This document shows positions 1 to 11,939 of a DNA stretch of 64,000 nucleotides, one piece after another; the first letter of the stretch is position 1; each line of letters starts with the position of its first letter. The stretch spans positions 1,696,001 to 1,760,000 of the forward strand of contig CAVVHE010000004.1 of assembly GCA_963748015.1 (NCBI GenBank). Direction: 5' to 3'. The position numbers and the translations under genes are program-made. The notes below the pieces were generated by a model. The model saw only the letters and a program-made list of their open reading frames with translations. It searched no databases and was not told the DNA's origin. The DNA comes from Terriglobia bacterium. GTDB lineage: Bacteria; Acidobacteriota; Polarisedimenticolia; Polarisedimenticolales; JAIQFR01.

Positions 1-1206
1 CTTGTGCATGTCCTGAACGGAGATCCACTCGAGCCGCGAGTGGAAATTGTGCTCGCCCGCGAACAGGTTCGGGGTGGGGAGCCCCATGAAGCACAGGCGC
101 GACCCGTCGGTCCCCCCGCGGATCGGATGGGTCTTCGGCGAGAGCCCCGCCCGGCGAATCGCGATGTTCGCGTTCTCGACGGCTTCGGGATACCGGTCGA
201 GCACCTCCTTCATGTTCCGGTACGACTCCTCGACCTTGAACTCCACCGCCGCCTTCGGATAGTCCGCGACGGTCTCGCGGGCGAGCCGCTCCAGGTAAGC
301 CTCTTTCTCCTTGAGGCCCGCGGTCACGAAATCGCGGATCAGGAACTTCACCGAGGTGCGATCCACGCCGGCCTGCATCACGTAGGGATGCACGTACCCC
401 TCGTAACCCTCGGTCGTCTCCGGCGACAGCCCTTCCTTGGGCAGCCTCCCGATGAAGTCCGCGGCGATCTTGATCGCGTTGACCAGCTTCCCCTTCCCGA
501 GGCCGGGGTGCGTGTTGAACCCCTGGAAGGTCACCGTCATCGAATCGGCGGAGAAGGTCTCCATCTCGATCTCGCCCAGGGTCTCGCCGTCGATGGTGTA
601 CGCGTACTGCGCGCCGAATCGCTTCACGTCGAAGTGCTTCGTCCCGTTGCCGACCTCCTCGTCGGGGGTGAAACCGATCCGGATCTTCCCGTGCGGGATC
701 TCGGGATGGGCGACGAGATACTCGGCGACCGCGACGATCTCGGCGACTCCGGACTTGTTGTCCGCGCCGAGGAGCGTGGTGCCGGACGCGGTGATGATGT
801 CGTTCCCGATCTGATCCCCGAGAGCCGGGTTCTCCGCGAAGCGGATCACCTGCGTCGGATCGTCCGGGAGCGCCAGGTCGCGCCCGTCGTAGTTCGCGTG
901 GACGACCGGCTTCACCCCCTCGCCGCTCACCTCGGGCGAAGTGTCCACGTGCGCGATGAAGCCCACGACCGGCACGCCGGATTTCTTCGTGGTCGCCGGG
1001 ATCGTCGCGAACACGTACCCGTGCTCGTCCATCGCGACGTCCTCGAGGCCGATCGCCTCGAGCTCGTCCACCAGGAGCCGCAGCAGGTCGAGCTGCTTCG
1101 AGGTCGAGGGAAACGTCGAAGAGTCCTCCTCGGACCGGGTGTCGATCGTGACGTAGCGGAGGAATCGCTCGACGCAGCTTGTCCGGAAGTCGCTCACGGA
1201 GCTCAC
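1..1206 (-). CDS. pepT: Peptidase T (M20B tripeptide aminopeptidase), 3' end runs off window
   Basis: Not in ORF track. Manual reverse translation gives ERFLRYVTIDTRS, GFIAHVDTS, LLGADNKSG, FTPDEEVG, IRGGTDG, NFHSRLEW. GTG start at 1206 with AGGGAGGT RBS. Confidence 0.95.
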   Translation of the reverse strand, partial: MSSVSDFRTSCVERFLRYVTIDTRSEEDSSTFPSTSKQLDLLRLLVDELEAIGLEDVAMDEHGYVFATIPATTKKSGVPVVGFIAHVDTSPEVSGEGVKPVVHANYDGRDLALPDDPTQVIRFAENPALGDQIGNDIITASGTTLLGADNKSGVAEIVAVAEYLVAHPEIPHGKIRIGFTPDEEVGNGTKHFDVKRFGAQYAYTIDGETLGEIEMETFSADSMTVTFQGFNTHPGLGKGKLVNAIKIAADFIGRLPKEGLSPETTEGYEGYVHPYVMQAGVDRTSVKFLIRDFVTAGLKEKEAYLERLARETVADYPKAAVEFKVEESYRNMKEVLDRYPEAVENANIAIRRAGLSPKTHPIRGGTDGSRLCFMGLPTPNLFAGEHNFHSRLEWISVQDMHK

Positions 1207-1379
1207 GGGCACCTCCCTCGCGCCGGGGCGTCCGGCGGCGGTTGGGTCGCGAAGGGACCAACGCTATCCGAGCCGGCGCGCCGGTGCAAGGGCGCTGCCT
1301 TGCCAGCGCGGCCGCGGGCGGCATAGACTTCCGCCCGACACCGGGGGCCATCACGCATCGTCCAGGGAGGGCGCTCACC

Positions 1380-4300
1380 ATGGATCATGGGGCCGAAGCG
1401 CCGCCGCCAGCCGGCCTCCGCCGCGGACGAGTGTCGCGCGTCGCCCTGCGCATCACCCTTCTGTACGTCGTGGGCGCCGCGATCTGGATCGTCGCCTCCG
1501 ACTGGATTCTCGGGGCGCTCGTCCGGGATCCCGCCCTCGTCACCGCCCTGTCGATCCTGAAGGGCTGGACGTTCGTCGCCGCGACCGGCCTCCTCCTGTA
1601 CGTGCTCGTCTCGCGCGGCGTGCGGCCGATCTCGGACAGCGCCGAGGAGTACCGGGGGTTGTTCGACGGGCACCCGTCGATCTACCTCAAGGTGGACGCG
1701 AACGGGACCATCCTCTCCGTGAATCCCCTCGGATCCGAGCAGCTCGGCTACGCGGTGAGCGAGCTCACGGGCAGGTCGGTGCTCCACCTCTACGCGGAAT
1801 CCGAACGCCAGATCGCCATGGAGAGGATCGGGGAGCTCGGGAGCGGAGCCGCCGAGGTCGCCCGCTGGGAAGCCCAGGCCACGCGCAAGGACGGCACGAG
1901 GATCTGGCTGAGGCAGTCGGCTCGCGCGGTGCAGGCGGCGGGAGGGGGAAGGGCGATCCTCATGGTCGGGGAGGACGTCACCGAGCGCCGTGGTTTCGAG
2001 GCCGCCCTCGGGGCGGCCCACGAGAGCCTCCGCACCCTCTTCCACGCGTCTCCCCTGGCGATCGTCGCGCTCGACCGGGCGGGGCGCATCCTGTCCTGGA
2101 ACCCCGCGGCCCAGGCGATCTTCGGCTGGTCCGAGCCAGAGGTGCTCGGCCGCCCGTTCCCCGTCGTTTCCGAGGACCGCCAGTCGGAGTTCCTCGCCCA
2201 GCTCGACCGGGCGATCGAGGGGGAGGTCCTGGGTCAGGTCGAGCTCCGGCACCGCCTGAAAAGCGGCTCGCTCGTCGACGTCAGCCTTTCCGCGGCCCCC
2301 CTTCGCGATGCCTCCGGACGGAAAGTCGGGACCATCGCGATCATCGACGACATCACCCGTCGGAAAGCGGCCGACCGGGAGCTCGGCCGTCTCAACCGGG
2401 CGCTCCGGGTGTTGATCGAATGCGGGCAGGCCGCGATGCGCGCCGCCACCGAGGACGAGCTGCTCCGGAGCGTATGCGGCATCCTGGTCGACGTCGGCGG
2501 GTACCGCCTCGCGTGGGTCGGATACGCCGAGAACGACGAGGCCCGCACGGTGCGGCCCGTCGCCCATTCCGGGTTCGAGGACGGGTATCTCGACACCGCG
2601 AGGATCTCCTGGGCCGACGACGAATGGGGACGAGGACCCACCGGCACCTCGATCCGGACCGGCAAGCCCGCCGCCGCTCGAGACCTCGAGACCGAGCCGT
2701 CGTATGGACCTTGGCGCGCGGAGGCGGGGCGCCGCCGCTTCGGGTCCTCCATCGCCCTCCCTCTGGGTCTCACCGGGAGCCCCTTCGGTGCGCTCTCGAT
2801 CTACGCGGCGGAGCCGGACGCGTTCGACGCCGAGGAGGTCCTCCTCCTCGGCGAGCTGGCCAGCGACCTGGCGTTCGGCGTCGAGTCGCTGCGCATTCGC
2901 GCGGAGCAGCAGCGGGCCGAAGAGGGCCTCCGGCACCGGACCGCGGAGCTCCAGGCGATCTTCCGCGCCTTCCCGGACCTCTACTTCCGCCTCGACGGAA
3001 CCGACCGGATCCTCGACCACCACGCCGGGCGCGCGGCCGATCTCTACGTCCCTCCCGAGCGGTTTCTCGGGCAGAGAATGCAGGACGTCCTTCCCCCCGA
3101 CATTGCCGCGGCGTTCGAGGAGGCCATTCGCGCCGCGCGTGCGACGGGCTTCGCGGCGACGGAGTACGCGCTTCCCCTGCCCGAGGGGGAGAAGTGGTTC
3201 GAGGCGCGGCTCGTGAAATTGGCCGACGACCAGACGCTGGTCATCGTCCGGGACGTCACCGAGCGCCGGAGGGCGGCGGAGGCCATCCGCAGGTCGGCCG
3301 AGCGGCTCGAGCACCTCCAGGAGATCGACCGCGCGATCCTGGCGGCCCGCTCCGCGGACGAGGTCGCGCGTGCCTCTCTCGCGCGGATCCGGAAGCTCGT
3401 CCCCTGCGATCGGGCCGCGGTCGTCGTGCGCGACCGCGAGACGGGCGCGGCCCGGGCCATCGCCGTGGACGCCGCGACCGGGGCCTTCGTCGAGGAAAAC
3501 GCGCTCCCCGCGGGCGAGTTCATCGCGTCGCTCGAGGAAGCCCGGGAGGAGCCCTGCCGGTACTTCGACGACCTTTCCGCCATGACCGAGCGCTCGCCGT
3601 TCGTCGAGCGGGCTTCGGCCGCGGGCATGCGAACGGCTCTGCTCGTCCCGCTCATGGCCGGCGGCGAGCTCATCGGGGGTCTCGGCCTCGCGTCCGGCCG
3701 CCCCTCCGACTTCGACACGGAGCACCTCGAGATCGCCGCGGAGATCGCGGGGCAGATGGCGATCGCGCTGCACCAGGAGGGGCTGCGCGAGGAGCTGAGG
3801 CGCCGCGCCGTGGAGCTCGAGCGGCGGGTCGACGAGCGAACCGCCGAGCTCAGCGCCGCCAACGAGGATCTCGAGACGTTCTCGTACTCGGTGACGCACG
3901 ACCTCAGGGCCCCGCTCCGGGCCATGGAGGGATTCGCCCGGGCCCTCGTCGAGGACCAGGCCGAGAAGCTGGGCGACGAGGGAAGACGCTACGCGGAGAG
4001 GATCATGGCCGCGGCGCTACGCCTCGACCGGATCGTGCAGGACCTCCTTCGCTACAGCCGGCTTCGCCGCGCGGAGATCCGGCTGAAGCCGGTCTCGCTC
4101 GCATCCGTCTTGGAAGAGGTGGTTGCCGCGCGCGAGACCGCGATCGCGTCCGCGGGAGCGGACGTCGCCGTCCTGTCCCCGCTCCCGGACGTGATCGCGC
4201 ACCGCCCGACGTTGGTGCAGATCGCGGAGAATCTCCTCGACAACGCGCTCAAGTTCGTGGCGCGCGGCGCCAAGCCCAAGGTACGCATCCGCGCCGAGTC

Positions 4301-4595
4301 CGCCCACGGAACGGCCCGCCTCTGGGTGGAGGACAACGGCATCGGGATCGCCCCCGAGGACCGGGACAGGATCTTCAAGGTGTTCGAGCGTCTCCACGGC
4401 GTCGAGACGTACCCCGGCTCGGGTATCGGGCTGGCGATCGTGCGCAAGGCCGCCGAACGCATGGGAGGCCGCTGCGGCGTCGACGCCGGCCCGGGCGGCG
4501 GGAGCCGGTTCTGGGTCGAGATCCCGTCGCACTCCGGCGCGCCCGCGCCGGCGGGCGATCCCCCGCCGGGGGAGGAAGGACGGGCCGAGCGATGA
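1380..4595 (+). CDS. Membrane-anchored PAS/GAF sensor histidine kinase
   Basis: Two N-terminal TM segments, several PAS motifs, two GAF-like regions, H-box SYSVTHDLRAPLR, N-box NLLDNALKF, DNGIG and GSGIGL. ATG at 1380 after GGAGG. Confidence 0.9.
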   Translation: MDHGAEAPPPAGLRRGRVSRVALRITLLYVVGAAIWIVASDWILGALVRDPALVTALSILKGWTFVAATGLLLYVLVSRGVRPISDSAEEYRGLFDGHPSIYLKVDANGTILSVNPLGSEQLGYAVSELTGRSVLHLYAESERQIAMERIGELGSGAAEVARWEAQATRKDGTRIWLRQSARAVQAAGGGRAILMVGEDVTERRGFEAALGAAHESLRTLFHASPLAIVALDRAGRILSWNPAAQAIFGWSEPEVLGRPFPVVSEDRQSEFLAQLDRAIEGEVLGQVELRHRLKSGSLVDVSLSAAPLRDASGRKVGTIAIIDDITRRKAADRELGRLNRALRVLIECGQAAMRAATEDELLRSVCGILVDVGGYRLAWVGYAENDEARTVRPVAHSGFEDGYLDTARISWADDEWGRGPTGTSIRTGKPAAARDLETEPSYGPWRAEAGRRRFGSSIALPLGLTGSPFGALSIYAAEPDAFDAEEVLLLGELASDLAFGVESLRIRAEQQRAEEGLRHRTAELQAIFRAFPDLYFRLDGTDRILDHHAGRAADLYVPPERFLGQRMQDVLPPDIAAAFEEAIRAARATGFAATEYALPLPEGEKWFEARLVKLADDQTLVIVRDVTERRRAAEAIRRSAERLEHLQEIDRAILAARSADEVARASLARIRKLVPCDRAAVVVRDRETGAARAIAVDAATGAFVEENALPAGEFIASLEEAREEPCRYFDDLSAMTERSPFVERASAAGMRTALLVPLMAGGELIGGLGLASGRPSDFDTEHLEIAAEIAGQMAIALHQEGLREELRRRAVELERRVDERTAELSAANEDLETFSYSVTHDLRAPLRAMEGFARALVEDQAEKLGDEGRRYAERIMAAALRLDRIVQDLLRYSRLRRAEIRLKPVSLASVLEEVVAARETAIASAGADVAVLSPLPDVIAHRPTLVQIAENLLDNALKFVARGAKPKVRIRAESAHGTARLWVEDNGIGIAPEDRDRIFKVFERLHGVETYPGSGIGLAIVRKAAERMGGRCGVDAGPGGGSRFWVEIPSHSGAPAPAGDPPPGEEGRAER

Positions 4596-6874
4596 AGGAG
4601 CGGTTCCGGGTGCTTCTGATCGACGACAACCCCGACGACCGGCTGCTCGTCCTCCGGCAGCTCGAGCGGGAATTCCACGAGCTCGACGTGGAGCAGGTCA
4701 CGGACGCGGAGGGATTCCGTCGGGCGCTCGACACGGGCGGCTTCGGCCTCGTCGTCACGGACTACCAGCTCATGTGGACCGACGGGCTGGCGGTCCTCGG
4801 GGCGGCGAAGAGCCGGTGGCCCGACTGTCCCGTGGTCATGTTCACGGGCACCGGGGGCGAGGAGATCGCGGTCGAGGCGATGAAGGCGGGGCTCGACGAC
4901 TACGTCCTCAAGTCCCCGCGGCATTTCGTCCGGCTCGCGACCGCGGCCCGCTCCGCGATCGATCGCGCCCGCCAGCGCCGCGCCGTGAAGGAGGCGGAGG
5001 AGCGGTACTGGCGGCTCTTCGACGGGCTGCCGATCGGCCTGTACCTGAGCTCCCCCGACGGACAGGCGATCGACGCGAACCCCGCGCTCGCAGAGATGCT
5101 CGGCTACCCCGACCGGAACAGCTTCCTGAACGCGCGCATCCCCGAGATGTACGCCGATCCCCGCGACCGGGAGACGTGGGCCTCCCGGATGGAGCGCGAC
5201 GGGATCATCCGGGACTTCGAGGTGCGCTTGAGGCGGCACGACGGCGAGACGATCTGGGTCCGCGATACGGCGCGCGCCGAGCGTGACGCCGGCGGAAAGG
5301 TGAGGTACTACGAGGGGAGCCTCGAGGACATCACCGAGCGGAAGCGCGCGGAGGCCCAGCTCGGCCTTCTCGAGTCCGCGATCCGTCACGCCGGGGAAGG
5401 CATCGTCATCGTCGCAGCCGATCGCGGACGCTCGAGGGTCGCGTTCGTCAACCCGGCCTACTGCGCGATGACCGGCTACGAGGCGGGGGAGCTGCTCGAC
5501 CGGCCGATCGACTTCCTCGCGGGGCCGAAGACGGACCCGGCGGAGATCGCCCGCCTCGGGGAGGCGCTCGAGCGCGGCGAGGCGAGCGCGGGCGAGGCGA
5601 TCTGCTACCGAAAGGACGGCAGCGAGTTCGTCCTCGAGTGGCATCTCGCGCCGATCCGGGACGAGGAGGGCCGCGTCACGCACCTCGTCTCGATCCAGCG
5701 CGACGCGACCGAGCGGAAGGCGGTCGCGGAGCAGCTCCGGCAGTCGCAGAAGATGGAAGCGGTCGGGCGGCTGGCGGGCGGGATCGCCCACGATTTCAAC
5801 AACATCCTCACGGTCATCGGCGGTTACGGCGAGCTGCTCCGCGACGCGCACCTCCCCGACCCCTCGGTGAGGCTCCATCTCGAGACCATCATCGAGGCCG
5901 CCGAGCATGCGAGCGCGCTCACCCGGCGCCTCATGTCCTTCAGCCGGAAGCAGGTCCTCGAGACGAAGGTCTCGAACCTGAACACGATCGTCACCGACAT
6001 GGAGCGGCTGCTCCACCGGCTCCTCGGGGAAGACGTCCGCCTCGAGATCGCCCTCGACCCCGCCCTCGCGAACGTGCGGGTGGACGTGGGCCAGATCGAG
6101 CAGGTCGTCGTGAACCTCGCGATCAACGCGCGGGACGCGATGGGCACCGGGGGGACGCTCCGCATCGAGACGGCGAACGCGCCGGTGGACGAGGCCGCGG
6201 CGCGCTCGCACCCCGGGCTCCGGCCGGGGTCCTATGCCCGCGTGACGATCGCCGATTCGGGACACGGGATGGACGAGAAGACCCGGGAGCGGATCTTCGA
6301 GCCGTTCTTCACCACGAAGGAGAACGGCGCCGGGACGGGGCTCGGGCTCGCCACGGTGTACGCGATCGTGCTGCAGAGCGGCGGGCACATCGGCGTTCGG
6401 AGCGAGCCCGGCCAAGGCGCGACCTTCGACGTCTTCCTTCCCGCCGTCTTGGCACCGCAGGAAGCGGCGGATCCGGCGGATTCCGCCGCGCAGCCGCCCC
6501 GCGGCACCGAGACGATCCTGCTGGTGGAGGACGAGGCGGGAATCCGCGGGCTCCTGTCGGAGATCCTCGAGGGGAGCGGCTACCGGGTCCTGACGGCGAG
6601 CCGCGGCCAGGAAGCGCTCGACCTCCTCGCGGGCCGCGCCGAGACGGTCCACCTGCTGGTGACGGACGTCGTCATGCCGGGAATGACCGGCCGAGAGCTC
6701 GCGGCGCGGATGCAGGAGGAGCATTCCGGCATCCGGGTCCTCTTCATTTCGGGATACACGCCGGCGGAGGTTTCGCGCCGGGGTGTCGTCACGCCGGACT
6801 CCGCGTTCCTCCAGAAGCCGTTCGCGGCGAGGACGCTCCTCCGAAAGGTCAGGGAAGTGCTCGACGGCGCTTGA
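4592..6874 (+). CDS. Hybrid REC-PAS-PAS-HisKA-HATPase-REC kinase/response regulator
   Basis: MKERFRVLLIDDNPDD receiver, GGIAHDFNNILT H-box, FEPFFTTK/GTGLGL, C-terminal receiver TILLVEDE...TDVVMPG. ATGA overlap with upstream kinase. Confidence 0.92.
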   Translation: MKERFRVLLIDDNPDDRLLVLRQLEREFHELDVEQVTDAEGFRRALDTGGFGLVVTDYQLMWTDGLAVLGAAKSRWPDCPVVMFTGTGGEEIAVEAMKAGLDDYVLKSPRHFVRLATAARSAIDRARQRRAVKEAEERYWRLFDGLPIGLYLSSPDGQAIDANPALAEMLGYPDRNSFLNARIPEMYADPRDRETWASRMERDGIIRDFEVRLRRHDGETIWVRDTARAERDAGGKVRYYEGSLEDITERKRAEAQLGLLESAIRHAGEGIVIVAADRGRSRVAFVNPAYCAMTGYEAGELLDRPIDFLAGPKTDPAEIARLGEALERGEASAGEAICYRKDGSEFVLEWHLAPIRDEEGRVTHLVSIQRDATERKAVAEQLRQSQKMEAVGRLAGGIAHDFNNILTVIGGYGELLRDAHLPDPSVRLHLETIIEAAEHASALTRRLMSFSRKQVLETKVSNLNTIVTDMERLLHRLLGEDVRLEIALDPALANVRVDVGQIEQVVVNLAINARDAMGTGGTLRIETANAPVDEAAARSHPGLRPGSYARVTIADSGHGMDEKTRERIFEPFFTTKENGAGTGLGLATVYAIVLQSGGHIGVRSEPGQGATFDVFLPAVLAPQEAADPADSAAQPPRGTETILLVEDEAGIRGLLSEILEGSGYRVLTASRGQEALDLLAGRAETVHLLVTDVVMPGMTGRELAARMQEEHSGIRVLFISGYTPAEVSRRGVVTPDSAFLQKPFAARTLLRKVREVLDGA

Positions 6875-6962
6875 CGCCCCTTGTCACCCGCACGGGGCCT
6901 GCGCTACCATTCCGCGTCGCCGCGGGACCCTTCCCGACTGCGACCCTGGGAGCGAAAGATAG

Positions 6963-9930
<2,968 letters not shown>

Positions 9931-9966
9931 CGCTGGGTTATCATTCCGGACCGCAAGGAGAGAGCC

Positions 9967-10923
9967 GTGGCGCGAGACACCGCACGCCGTGTCCTGGAGG
10001 TCGAGGCGCAGGCCGTCGCCGATCTGGTCTCCCGCCTCGACGAGAGCTTCGACCGCGCCGTCGCGGCGCTGTCGGACAGTCGCGGGCGGATCGTGGTCAC
10101 GGGCATGGGCAAGTCGGGGATCATCGCCCAGAAGATAGCGGCGACCCTCTCCTCCACCGGCACCCCTGCGTACTTCATGCACCCCGCGGAGGCGATCCAC
10201 GGCGACCTGGGCATGATCGTCGCCGGCGACGTCGTGCTCGCCCTCTCGAACTCCGGGGAGACCGAGGAGATCGTCCGGCTGCTCGAGGTCCTGAAGAGGC
10301 TCGGGGCCTTCCTCGTCGCCATGAGCGGCGATCGGAACTCGACCCTCGCCCGCTACGCCGACGTGAATCTCGACGTCGGCGTCCACCGCGAGGCGGGGAG
10401 CCTCGAGTTCGTCCCGACCGCCTCCACGACGGCCGCCCTCGCCATGGGAGACGCGCTCGCCGTCGCGTGCTACGAGCGCCGCGGGTTTTCCGTGGCCGAC
10501 TTCGCGCGGTACCACCCCGGCGGCAGGCTGGGACGGAAGCTCCTCACCGTGGCGGAGCTGATGCACGCCGGGGACGGCATGCCTGCGGTGCTCCATTCCA
10601 CCCCGATGCCCGAGACGATCCGCGTGATGTCGGAGAAGAAGCTGGGCATGACCTGCGTGCTGGACGGCGACGGGAAGCTGCTGGGAGTCGTTACCGACGG
10701 CGACCTCCGGCGGTACATGCTCCGCTCCGGCCGTCCGCTCGAGGGCACGGCGGGAGACGCGATGACGCGCTCTCCGTTCACGCTCGGCGCGGGGGGCCTG
10801 GCCACGGAGGCGCTCCGGATCCTCGAAGAGAGGAAGATCACGTCGCTTCCCGTGCTGGATCCCTCCGGCCGCGTTCTCGGCGTGATCCACCTCCACGATC
10901 TGTGGAAGACACAGCTGTTCTGA
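9967..10923 (+). CDS. kdsD: Arabinose-5-phosphate isomerase (KpsF/GutQ; SIS plus 2 CBS)
   Basis: GRIVVTGMGKSG, HPAEAIHGDLG, PTASTTAALAMGDALA, HPGGRLG, GVIHLHDL. Confidence 0.95.
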   Translation: MARDTARRVLEVEAQAVADLVSRLDESFDRAVAALSDSRGRIVVTGMGKSGIIAQKIAATLSSTGTPAYFMHPAEAIHGDLGMIVAGDVVLALSNSGETEEIVRLLEVLKRLGAFLVAMSGDRNSTLARYADVNLDVGVHREAGSLEFVPTASTTAALAMGDALAVACYERRGFSVADFARYHPGGRLGRKLLTVAELMHAGDGMPAVLHSTPMPETIRVMSEKKLGMTCVLDGDGKLLGVVTDGDLRRYMLRSGRPLEGTAGDAMTRSPFTLGAGGLATEALRILEERKITSLPVLDPSGRVLGVIHLHDLWKTQLF

Positions 10924-10948
10924 AGGGCAGGATGAAATCGGTGACGCC

Positions 10949-11491
10949 ATGAAGGACGTTCCCCGCGAGATCCTCGATCGGGCGGCCAGGGTCCGCCTGG
11001 TTCTGCTCGACGTGGACGGAGTTCTCACCGACGGCAAGCTCCTCCAGTTTTCCGACGGCACCGAGGGGCGCGCCTTCCACGTGCGGGACGGTTACGGGAT
11101 CAAGATGGGACAGCGGCTCGGTCTCGCGTTCGGCATCCTCTCCGGCCGGGCGTCGAAGGTGGCGGAAGCGCGCGGGCGGGAGCTCGGCATCGAGGAAGTC
11201 CACGTCGGCGTGCTCGAGAAGGACGAGCGCTACGAGGAGATCGTGCGGCGGCTCGGCCTGACCGACGAGGAGGTATGCTACATGGGAGACGATCTCGTGG
11301 ACGTCCCCGTGCTCCGGCGGGTGGGCCTCGGCGTCGCTCCCGCGGGCGCCTCCGAGGAGGCGGCGATGGCGGCCCACTGGATCACGGAGCGGGCGGGCGG
11401 CGACGGGGCGGTCCGCGAGGTGGTCACCCTGATCCTCAGGGCCCAGGGGAAGTGGGAAGGGATCTCCGGAACGTACTTCAAGACGCGGTGA
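10949..11491 (+). CDS. kdsC: KDO 8-phosphate phosphatase (HAD)
   Basis: LLDVDGVLTDG, FHVRDGYG, YMGDDLVD, GGDGAVREV. Confidence 0.95.
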   Translation: MKDVPREILDRAARVRLVLLDVDGVLTDGKLLQFSDGTEGRAFHVRDGYGIKMGQRLGLAFGILSGRASKVAEARGRELGIEEVHVGVLEKDERYEEIVRRLGLTDEEVCYMGDDLVDVPVLRRVGLGVAPAGASEEAAMAAHWITERAGGDGAVREVVTLILRAQGKWEGISGTYFKTR

Positions 11492-11498
11492 GGCGGAC

Positions 11499-11939
11499 AT
11501 GCGGCTGCTGGTGATCCTGCTGACGATCCTCCTGTTCATCAACCTCCTCGGGTTCGTGCTGACGAACCTCGAGACCCGCGTCGACGTGACGGTGTGGAAG
11601 ACGCAGCACCCCAACGTCCCCCTGTTCGCCGTGGTGATCCTCTCGGTCCTCGCCGGCATCGTGTACGCGGGAGTGATCGCGGTGGCGGAGGGAGCCAACC
11701 TGCGCCTGGCGAACCACCGGTTGCAGCGCGAGGTCCAGAAGCTCGAGACCGAGTTGAACTACCTGCGAACGCAGCCGGTCGCGTCCCCGCGCTCCGAGCC
11801 CGACGCGATCCAGGACCTCTCGTGGAAGGGTGGGAGCCGCGCCGACGACGACGCCCGGACGCCCCCGGCGAGCGCGCCGGTGTACGAGGCCGAGGGCGAC
11901 CTCGACGACGACACCTACTCGGGAGGCCGCGCGGTCTAG
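11499..11939 (+). CDS. LapA-like (lipopolysaccharide assembly) membrane protein
   Basis: Two TM helices with N-x-x-x-V-x-V loop, then a coiled coil (RLQREVQKLETELNYLR). LPS gene context. Confidence 0.65.
   Translation: MRLLVILLTILLFINLLGFVLTNLETRVDVTVWKTQHPNVPLFAVVILSVLAGIVYAGVIAVAEGANLRLANHRLQREVQKLETELNYLRTQPVASPRSEPDAIQDLSWKGGSRADDDARTPPASAPVYEAEGDLDDDTYSGGRAV

Noticed and set aside
4..1326. 440-aa plus-strand ORF, and the many other long antisense or alternate-frame ORFs in the track
   Set aside because: Shadow ORFs of high-GC genes (here pepT on the minus strand); Arg/Pro/Gly-rich with no motifs.
2420..4591. N-terminal extension making a 1484-aa hybrid kinase
   Set aside because: Overlaps the upstream kinase in another frame; the real start is ATG 4592 with an RBS and ATGA overlap.
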